IMG/VR virus record: IMGVR_UViG_3300038379_000519
Location: 1-27,131 of that record
DNA: 27,131 nucleotides
From: a virus
Lineage: Duplodnaviria > Caudoviricetes
Reading direction: 5' to 3' (one strand)
Part shown: positions 1 through 6,047 of the stretch, one piece after another
Layout of the letters: every line of letters begins with the position of its first letter
Position numbering within the stretch: position 1 is the stretch's first letter
The notes under the pieces: model-generated
The model's input: the letters and a program-made list of their open reading frames with translations, nothing else
The model's database searches: none
What the model was told of the DNA's origin: nothing
Position numbers and translations under genes: made by a program

Positions 1-8
1 ACTAGGGC

Positions 9-437
9 GGTGGGCGCGACATGAGTTGGGGAGCAAGGTGCAAGCCGTGATGGTGAAGTAGCGCCCGCGGTGGGGTGGGCGCGACATGAGTTGGGGAGCA
101 AGGTGCAAGAACGGCAAGAGCACGCTACTGGGCACGCTGGTGGGCGCGACATGAGTTGGGGAGCAAGGTGCAAGTGGGCTTGTGGTTTGCCGCAAGCCAC
201 AGGGGTGGGCGCGACATGAGTTGGGGAGCAAGGTGCAAGTGCTGGCCACGAACCACCGGCCGCGGGTGCGGTGGGCGCGACATGAGTTGGGGAGCAAGGT
301 GCAAGCGGGCCGTGGCCGAACCGCCGCGGCGTTCGGGTGGGCGCGACATGAGTTGGGGAGCAAGGTGCAAGTGCGGACGTGAAGCTCGCGGTCCGCGGAC
401 AGGTGGGCGCGACATGAGTTGGGGAGCAAGGTGCAAC
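9..437 (+). CRISPR. CRISPR array A: 7 x 36-nt repeat GGTGGGCGCGACATGAGTTGGGGAGCAAGGTGCAAG, 6 complete spacers of 29-30 nt; probably truncated by the left window edge
   Basis: Repeats at 9, 74, 139, 204, 270, 336, 402. Six are identical and the last ends in C instead of G (trailer-like, suggests + orientation). Unique spacers 45-73, 110-138, 175-203, 240-269, 306-335, 372-401. Confidence 0.95.
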
Positions 438-751
438 TGGAACTACCATGTCTGATTTGCCACGAGCCCGTCGCCTTATCGCGGCGGCGGTTCCTGGCAT
501 TGGTTCGCGCCGGCCGGCGGCCGGTCTGCCGCCGCAACGGCTGTCACCGCTACGCCCGCGAGCGGCGGGGTGCGGCGGAAGACGCGGGGACCGCTCGCGG
601 GTCGGTAGTGCAAGCGCCGACGCACGTTGCGCGCGTGGTGCTGGTGGGCGAGCAGCGTCCGGACAACTGGCCCCACGGATCGCTCGCAAAGGCCCGCGTT
701 CGGCGAATCGTGGCAGGGGGTTGCGGAGACGGGGTCGCAGGGGATGGGTGA
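431..751 (+). CDS. Possible small Cys-containing protein (MQLELPCLICHEPV...VCRRNGCH), starting inside the last repeat of array A
   Basis: GTG at 431 preceded by GGGGAG (421-426) from the repeat. CxxC and CxxxxC pairs in the first 40 codons. The 3' half overlaps the leader of array B, so it may be a remnant. Confidence 0.3.
   Translation: MQLELPCLICHEPVALSRRRFLALVRAGRRPVCRRNGCHRYARERRGAAEDAGTARGSVVQAPTHVARVVLVGEQRPDNWPHGSLAKARVRRIVAGGCGDGVAGDG
555..733 (+). promoter_or_regulatory. Leader of CRISPR array B with tripartite inverted/direct motif
   Basis: Perfect 11-bp inverted repeat CCCGCGAGCGG (555-565) / CCGCTCGCGGG (591-601), plus a third core copy CGCTCGC (681-687) 46 nt before the first repeat. 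Resembles the tripartite motif layout of Cas4-associated (I-C/I-G/V-B-like) leaders. Confidence 0.6.
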
Positions 752-985
752 ACGGGAACGAGGTGCAAGGAGATGACCACGGATGCTGAAGGCAGACCCC
801 GGCCCGAGTCGCAGGGGATGGGTGAACGGGAACGAGGTGCAAGCGTAGCGGCAATGGGTGCGTGACGCTCAACGGCCACGTCGCAGGGGATGGGTGAACG
901 GGAACGAGGTGCAAGAACCGCCAGACGTATGGGCGGATGGAACTGTCGCGGCGCAACGGGTGAATGACTGGGAACGAGGTGCAAG
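734..985 (+). CRISPR. CRISPR array B: 3 identical 36-nt repeats GTCGCAGGGGATGGGTGAACGGGAACGAGGTGCAAG + 1 degenerate terminal repeat; spacers 38, 36, 34 nt
   Basis: Repeats at 734, 808, 880. Degenerate copy at 950-985 has 8 mismatches, all in the first 20 nt, and its last 16 nt are identical. Spacers 770-807, 844-879, 916-949. Confidence 0.9.
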
Positions 986-1031
986 GATAGGGCGTGCTAC
1001 GACGCGAATCCGCCGGAGGGCGATCGACGTG

Positions 1032-1070
1032 AACAAGGCGATGGCCCATCAGGGGCGCCGTCGCTGTTTG
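1032..1070 (+). terminator. Hairpin downstream of array B, possible weak terminator or RNA element
   Basis: GCGATGGC (1038-1045) pairs with GCCGTCGC (1057-1064), extendable by AACA/TGTT, followed by TGTTTG. The U-tract is poor. Confidence 0.25.
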
Positions 1071-1086
1071 ACGGGAAGGACGATTG

Positions 1087-2163
1087 ATGTGGCTCCACTT
1101 GCCGCCGTCTCTTTGTGCAGCGGAACCGGGGGCGTCGACCTCGGAATTGAGTTGGCCTGCGGCCAGGCGATTCGCCCGGTTTTGTACGTGGAAAGGGAAG
1201 CCTACGCGACGGCGGTTCTGGCGCGCCGCATGGAAGAAGGAGCCCTGGCTGCGGCGCCTGTCTGGTCCGACGTCAAGACGCTCTGCTCGCCAGCAGTCCG
1301 CGATTACCTGCGCGTCGCATGTGGCGGAGTCGTGGACCTCGTGTACGGCGGCTACCCTTGCCAGCCGTTCAGCTTCGCCGGCAAGCGCGCTGGCGGCGAC
1401 GATCCACGCCACCTATGGCCCTGGATTGCTCGCGCGGTTGCGGAGTGGCGGCCGGCACTTTGCTTTTTCGAGAACGTGTCGGGACACCTTTCTCTGGGGT
1501 TCCGAGAGGTCGTCGAGGAGCTGGAGTCGCTGGGTTACGAAGTTGCGGCGGGCCTGTTTACGGCGGCGGAAATGGGCGCTCCGCACCGCCGCGAGCGGCT
1601 GTTCATCCTGGCCAGGTCCGTACGGCTTCCAGGCGGGGAACGGGCCGGACGGGAACGAGTTCTCAAAGGAAGCACGCCAGTGGTGCAGCCCGGGGGCGAT
1701 GGGCGGCGGGAGCACGAGCCGGGGTCACGACCGGATCGGCGAACCGTTGCTGAGCGGGCAGGCGTCCCAGTGGCAGACTTCGGCGGCGGCGCAATTCCGC
1801 CATCGACGGCAGGTCGGACAGGAGACGCGGAGCGAGCCGCTTTTGCCGGCGCAGGCCCAGTGGGCGACGCGGAATGGCGGGGCGAGCCTGTCGCACCAGA
1901 CACAGACGGGCCAGATGACGCACTCGCCCTCTATCCGCCAGGACCAGCAGACGCCGCCGGCTGGCGGGCCGTGCTCGGCCGACGCCCCGAAGTTAAACCC
2001 GCTGTTTGTGTCGTGGCTGATGGGCCTGCCGCCGGGCTGGAACACCGTAACCATGCCCTGCGGGCCGCCGGGAACGGGGTCGTCCCGCAGTGTGTGGCGG
2101 CTGCTTTCCTCAGTCTGTTTGCGGCGTTGGTTGAACCTGATAACGAGTGAGCAACACGCATGA
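1087..2163 (+). CDS. Overlapping alternative-frame polypeptide carrying C5-MTase motif IX / target-recognition-like repeats (beta polypeptide)
   Basis: Frame open for 358 codons over the whole MTase gene. Contains W-x-[ST]-x repeats (WCSPGA, WQTSAA, WATRNG) and KLNPLFVSWLMGLPPGW (motif IX), which the alpha frame lacks. True start may be internal. Confidence 0.7.
   Translation: MWLHLPPSLCAAEPGASTSELSWPAARRFARFCTWKGKPTRRRFWRAAWKKEPWLRRLSGPTSRRSARQQSAITCASHVAESWTSCTAATLASRSASPASALAATIHATYGPGLLARLRSGGRHFAFSRTCRDTFLWGSERSSRSWSRWVTKLRRACLRRRKWALRTAASGCSSWPGPYGFQAGNGPDGNEFSKEARQWCSPGAMGGGSTSRGHDRIGEPLLSGQASQWQTSAAAQFRHRRQVGQETRSEPLLPAQAQWATRNGGASLSHQTQTGQMTHSPSIRQDQQTPPAGGPCSADAPKLNPLFVSWLMGLPPGWNTVTMPCGPPGTGSSRSVWRLLSSVCLRRWLNLITSEQHA
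1089..2150 (+). CDS. dcm: DNA (cytosine-5) methyltransferase, catalytic (alpha) polypeptide
   Basis: Motif I SLCSGTGG, motif IV GGYPCQPFS, motif VI FENV, motif VIII HRRERLFILA, motif X LRAAGNGVVP. GTG start at 1089 after SD GGAAGGA. The ORF-track start at 858 runs through array B and is not credible. Confidence 0.9.
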   Translation: MAPLAAVSLCSGTGGVDLGIELACGQAIRPVLYVEREAYATAVLARRMEEGALAAAPVWSDVKTLCSPAVRDYLRVACGGVVDLVYGGYPCQPFSFAGKRAGGDDPRHLWPWIARAVAEWRPALCFFENVSGHLSLGFREVVEELESLGYEVAAGLFTAAEMGAPHRRERLFILARSVRLPGGERAGRERVLKGSTPVVQPGGDGRREHEPGSRPDRRTVAERAGVPVADFGGGAIPPSTAGRTGDAERAAFAGAGPVGDAEWRGEPVAPDTDGPDDALALYPPGPADAAGWRAVLGRRPEVKPAVCVVADGPAAGLEHRNHALRAAGNGVVPQCVAAAFLSLFAALVEPDNE

Positions 2164-2189
2164 GCAACACGCATGAGCAACACGCATGA
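2148..2189 (+). repeat. 13-bp tandem repeat TGAGCAACACGCA x3 + TGA
   Basis: Units at 2148, 2161, 2174. They supply the stop codons of both MTase frames and the ATG of the next gene. Confidence 0.95.
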
Positions 2190-2404
2190 CCGACTTCAAC
2201 GCAATCGAACTATCCCGCCTGACCCAGACCGCGTTCATCGACATTGTCGAGTCGCGGTCCAAGTATCTGCGCCAACTGGAGCAGATCGAGGCGTTGTGCC
2301 GCCGCCACGCCCATCCGGGCTGCAACAGCGGGGCGCATGAACTGGCGATCAAGGTGCTGCGGATTATCCGGGGCGAGAAAGAGAGCGACCATCATGGCGA
2401 TTGA
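2186..2404 (+). CDS. Hypothetical phage protein (72 aa)
   Basis: ATG start, GC3-rich codons, helical-looking sequence. Confidence 0.65.
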   Translation: MTDFNAIELSRLTQTAFIDIVESRSKYLRQLEQIEALCRRHAHPGCNSGAHELAIKVLRIIRGEKESDHHGD

Positions 2405-2479
2405 AGTGACGGAATGATGGCCCACGAAGGTGCAGTGCCTGCGCAGGGGCTTTGTTTCTGCGACCGCCCGCAGCGACAA

Positions 2480-2521
2480 CTACCCTGGTAGCCTTGACTC
2501 TGCGGCCGAAATCCGCATACT
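2480..2521 (+). promoter_or_regulatory. Candidate sigma70-type promoter with upstream palindrome
   Basis: TTGACT (2494-2499)-N16-CATACT (2516-2521) in an intergenic gap. Palindrome CTACC-CT-GGTAG at 2480-2491. Confidence 0.35.
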
Positions 2522-2589
2522 AGGGGCAGCGGGCCGCACGACGCGGCGCCGCGGGGTAGCCGCCAGGGCCGGCGGCATGAGGGCGACGG

Positions 2590-2823
2590 ATGCCTCGGCC
2601 TGCCCGTGTTGACCCACTCTGGGGCCTCGCGGTCCTGCTCCCACTGGTCACGGTGGTAGCGGCCGGGCTCTCTTTTTGGGCCGCCTCGCAGGCCCGCCAG
2701 GCGGCGTCCGCCGCCCTGTCCGCCGCGTCCCGGTGTGCCGACGCGGCCTACCGCCTGCCCCATGAATGCGGCTGCCGGCCCGTCTGCCAGTGCTGCCAGT
2801 GCAGCGACCGGAGGGCCGACTGA
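2590..2823 (+). CDS. Small membrane protein with Cys-rich C-terminus
   Basis: One hydrophobic segment (LWGLAVLLPLVTVVAAGLSFWAA) and the tail ECGCRPVCQCCQC. Stop overlaps the next ATG. Confidence 0.6.
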   Translation: MPRPARVDPLWGLAVLLPLVTVVAAGLSFWAASQARQAASAALSAASRCADAAYRLPHECGCRPVCQCCQCSDRRAD

Positions 2824-3026
2824 TGCGATTCACGGCCCTCTGTCCGACGTGCCGTGGCCGCGGCCACGGCGACTTTCGCGGGGCCGGCGACATGGACCCC
2901 GGTCTCTGCCACACCTGTGAAGGCAGCGGGGCGGTCATCGCGGACGTGGTGGGACCGGCGGCCCAGTTGACGCCCGCGTTGCTGCCGGTGGCCCAACCGA
3001 TCATTGCCACGGCGGAGACCTACTGA
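2823..3026 (+). CDS. Small zinc-finger protein (two DnaJ-like CxxCxGxG motifs)
   Basis: CPTCRGRG and CHTCEGSG. TGATG coupling at both ends. Confidence 0.7.
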   Translation: MRFTALCPTCRGRGHGDFRGAGDMDPGLCHTCEGSGAVIADVVGPAAQLTPALLPVAQPIIATAETY

Positions 3027-4222
3027 TGTCTGCGATGGACCGGTGCACACTGGGACTGATCCTGTGGCTGGGTCTCACGGCGCAAACCCAAGCCCAACTG
3101 GCCTCTCCCGAGGCGGACCGCCTCTACCGGCAGTCGCTGCCGGCCACCGACGATCCGCGGTGGGAGAAAATCTTCCGCGACCCGGCCACGCTGTTTTACA
3201 CGGACGCGGAAATGCCGCCGGCCTACCAGAAGTGGGACGGCGACCTGCGGGGCGTGCATTCGCCGGCCTACAACATCAGCGCCGACGCCAACGAGCAGGC
3301 CAAGGGGCCGGGCCGCGGCGGCAACGGCAACATCGAATTCCCCTGGCGAGCGCCGGGTGGCACGGATGCGGCCCGGAACGTCGCCACCGTCCGCTTCATG
3401 CGGCTGCCGGACCGCGAGGCCGGCGGCGTGTGGCCGGTGGTCTGGTGGCGGGAGCGGATGCGGGGGGCGAATATCGGCGAAGAGCCGGTCTATCGCTGGC
3501 TGTTCCCGCGCGGGACCGTGTTCGGCGAGGTGCTGACGCTGGCCGATTCCAGCGGCGTGCAGCATACGTTCGAGGTGCGGCTGAGAGTCCGCGAGGCGGA
3601 CTACTGGGATGTGCAGATTCTGCGGCCGTTCCCGACGCGGGCTTCGCTCGCCGCACGCCTGCGGGAATTGCAGGTCGAAAATCACGAGGCGTGGATTGCC
3701 AGCCTGGAGCGGCAGCCCGTGGCCCGGCAGACGCTGCGGGACCGCCTGCATCCGATGAGCGCGTTCGCTGAGCGGGCCGGGTCGCAGGCCCTGCCGCCGA
3801 TGAGCGAACGGTTGGCCGCGGAGCTGCTGGACAGCACGCCGTTTGTGAGCAGCGTCGGCGCGGAATGGGGCGAGCCGGACCAGGACGTGTTTGCGCCGAC
3901 CACGGACCAGACGTTCCACCTCGTCCCGCACGGCTATCAGGCCACGTTTTTGGGCACGGACACCGAGAGTTGCCAGGAGTGCCACAAGCACACGCTGCGG
4001 CACGTGGATACCTTCGACGGCCGGCGGGATTGGTATGGCCGGGTCCGCGGCAGCGACGGCATCTTCACGTTCCACCCGTTCGCCCGCGAGAGCATCAGTC
4101 GCAACGGCTCGCCCTTGACCGTGCGGATGAATGCGCGGCTGGAAGCGGCGGGCATCATCGAGCGGTTCGCGGCGGCCCGGCATCCGGCCGACGTCTACCG
4201 CAGGAGAATCGTGCCACAATGA
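3026..4222 (+). CDS. Secreted protein with single CxxCH (c-type haem-binding) motif
   Basis: Signal peptide (LGLILWLGLTAQTQA), CQECH near the C-terminus, 398 aa, strong coding bias. Confidence 0.75.
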   Translation: MSAMDRCTLGLILWLGLTAQTQAQLASPEADRLYRQSLPATDDPRWEKIFRDPATLFYTDAEMPPAYQKWDGDLRGVHSPAYNISADANEQAKGPGRGGNGNIEFPWRAPGGTDAARNVATVRFMRLPDREAGGVWPVVWWRERMRGANIGEEPVYRWLFPRGTVFGEVLTLADSSGVQHTFEVRLRVREADYWDVQILRPFPTRASLAARLRELQVENHEAWIASLERQPVARQTLRDRLHPMSAFAERAGSQALPPMSERLAAELLDSTPFVSSVGAEWGEPDQDVFAPTTDQTFHLVPHGYQATFLGTDTESCQECHKHTLRHVDTFDGRRDWYGRVRGSDGIFTFHPFARESISRNGSPLTVRMNARLEAAGIIERFAAARHPADVYRRRIVPQ

Positions 4223-4872
4223 GAGTCGCTGCATTAGCCGCCATGTTCCTGTCGCTGGCAGGCACACTCCGGGCTCAGGACTGCGGCTCGTGAGGGACCG
4301 CGGCCCGTCGTCCGGCCGTGCGCCGGCAACTGCCTCAGCGACTCCCCGGCCCGGAGCCGTGGGCGCCGGCCCCGGGCGTGCTGAACTCGCAGCGTCTGAC
4401 CGCTGTGCAGCGGTGGAATCCCGCCCCGCGGAGCGATTGCCTGCCGGGTCATGACGGTCCGGTGGATCTGCCCGAGCCCAGCGTGCCGCAACCGCCCCAG
4501 GCGAGCGACCGGGACGAGACCGACCCGCGGGCCACGCCGCGAATCGACGCCCTGGAAGCACGGTTGGCCTCGCTCTTGTCCGCGGTGGAGAAGCTGGCCG
4601 AAATGAAAAGCACCCCTGGCCCGGCGGGAGCCGTGGGGGATGTCGGTCCCCGCGGCCCCGCTGGGTTGCCAGGTCCGCCGGGCAAGGACGGCCGCGACGG
4701 CGAAATACCAGCGGCCTGGGAGACGCGGATTGCGGCTCTGGAGGGGCTGATTGCCCAGGGCATCGACTTCGAGTTGTACGATCCGCAGGGCCTCATGATC
4801 GACCGGGAGAAGATTCCCCTCGGCGGCACGTTGCGATTGCGGCTGTACCCGCAGACCCAAGCGAGTGAGTAG
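4219..4872 (+). CDS. Signal-peptide, Pro-rich, collagen-repeat protein with an in-frame UGA at 4291-4293 (readthrough/Sec or nonsense)
   Basis: ATG 4219 overlaps the previous stop. MRVAALAAMFLSLAGTLRA-QDCGS-UGA, then the same frame continues to 4872 with coiled-coil (RIDALEARL) and Gly-X-Y repeats (GPAGAVGDVGPRGPAGLPGPPGKDGRDG). Confidence 0.7.
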
Positions 4873-4877
4873 AATCA

Positions 4878-5162
4878 ATGCCCGACCCGGTGAATGTTCC
4901 CGGCGACGGGGCGATTGATATTCCCGTTTCTGTTCCCGTGGAGGATAGCGGTATGGACCTGTCGCCGAGTTTCGGAACGCTTCTGCACAACCAGTTGGCG
5001 CAGAGCGGCGTGATCGCGCAGAACAACTTCATCACCGTCGGCAAGGCCCAGGACTACGATTACCTGGAAGGCAAGCGGATGGTGACGTTGGAGGAGGCCA
5101 TCGGCGTGCGTGAGGTGTCGAGTACGCAAGTGCCGGCCGGCCCCACCCCGCGGACGACCTAG
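4878..5162 (+). CDS. Hypothetical phage protein (94 aa)
   Basis: ATG 6 nt after the previous stop, typical codon usage. Confidence 0.75.
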   Translation: MPDPVNVPGDGAIDIPVSVPVEDSGMDLSPSFGTLLHNQLAQSGVIAQNNFITVGKAQDYDYLEGKRMVTLEEAIGVREVSSTQVPAGPTPRTT

Positions 5163-5204
5163 TATCGGGCGCGTCTCTCCGCCATCTCCGCATCGGGTGT
5201 TTGC

Positions 5205-5522
5205 GTGGAACCGCTCGACGAGTCGGACGCCATGAAACACCTGATGCGGCTGATGGTGGAAAGCCAGGAGCAGTTCTTGGCGGACAACGCCGGCCTCGAC
5301 AAGGCGCTCCGCGCGGGCCAGGTCGAGGCGTGGATCGCAGAGCACAACCCCAAAAGTGCGGCCGATGGAAGCAGTGCCCCCGCAGATGCCGCAACCGGCG
5401 GACCCGCGGTATTGGAAAAGCCAGGCCAAGCGGCGGCGGCTGGGCCTGATGCTGGCGGACCGGGCCGCGGGCCTGTTGAACCTGCAACGGAACCAGGAAG
5501 CAACCCGCCGCCTGGTGCGTAA
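5205..5522 (+). CDS. Hypothetical protein; low-complexity tail overlaps next gene
   Basis: First about 50 codons are globular-looking with GC3 bias. Start could be GTG 5205 or ATG 5232. Confidence 0.55.
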   Translation: MEPLDESDAMKHLMRLMVESQEQFLADNAGLDKALRAGQVEAWIAEHNPKSAADGSSAPADAATGGPAVLEKPGQAAAAGPDAGGPGRGPVEPATEPGSNPPPGA

Positions 5523-5844
5523 GATGCAAGACGGCACGTTGGGACAACCGGACGCGAACGGCGAGGCCACGGAGGCCGGAGACGTGGACGGGATTCGCGT
5601 CGGTGACGAGTACCACTGGCACAACCAGCCGCAGACCACGAACACGGAGAACCGGCCCACGCCGCCGGCCCGCGACACGCTGACGCGACTGCTGACGGCG
5701 GCCCTGGCCGGGGCGGGACTGGCCGGCGGTGCGGCGTACGTCGCGGACAAACTGAGCGGCGACAAGGAACCGCCGCCCGCGGCCGTGCAGCCGGCGGACG
5801 GCGACCTGCGATACGGCCTGGAAATCGTGAGACCCGAGGAATAG
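5365..5844 (+). CDS. Hypothetical protein with C-terminal membrane segment
   Basis: Hydrophobic LLTAALAGAGLAGGAAYVA. Stop is 2 nt before the next ATG. Confidence 0.65.
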   Translation: MEAVPPQMPQPADPRYWKSQAKRRRLGLMLADRAAGLLNLQRNQEATRRLVRKMQDGTLGQPDANGEATEAGDVDGIRVGDEYHWHNQPQTTNTENRPTPPARDTLTRLLTAALAGAGLAGGAAYVADKLSGDKEPPPAAVQPADGDLRYGLEIVRPEE

Positions 5845-5846
5845 CC

Positions 5847-6047
5847 ATGCTTCGCAAACTGATCCTGCTGGGGGCGCTCTTGCTGCCCAGCGTGGCCGTG
5901 GCCGGCGAGCAGCGGCCCACGACGTACGTGGTCAAGGGTCCGCTGGGGAACGTCCGCCAGGTGTGGACGGCGCCGGGGCCCGGCGGGACCGTCGTGTACC
6001 GCTGGAAGTACGGCTGGCATCGGTCGCTCGTGAGGCAATATCCGTGA
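5847..6047 (+). CDS. Small secreted protein (66 aa)
   Basis: SD GAGGA, signal peptide MLRKLILLGALLLPSVAVA. Confidence 0.7.
   Translation: MLRKLILLGALLLPSVAVAGEQRPTTYVVKGPLGNVRQVWTAPGPGGTVVYRWKYGWHRSLVRQYP

Noticed and set aside
181-201. Hairpin inside spacer 3
   Set aside because: Adequately explained as coding sequence for WLAANH on the reverse strand, with no evidence of separate function.
125-455. ORFs 125-436 (-), 156-455 (+), 182-382 (+) with repeated peptides
   Set aside because: They are translations of CRISPR array A.
581-614. Possible degenerate repeat ending GTGCAAG between the arrays (and repeat-like 710-733)
   Set aside because: Needs gaps, is out of register with either array, and overlaps the leader motif.
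986-1045. Possible fifth repeat of array B (GTGAACAAGGCGATG)
   Set aside because: Weak similarity and wrong period.
858-1088. 77-aa N-terminal extension of the methyltransferase in the ORF track
   Set aside because: Runs through array B. The SD and motif I place the start at 1089.
4291-4293. Genome-wide UGA reassignment
   Set aside because: Many genes end in TGA overlapping the next ATG, so TGA is a normal stop here.
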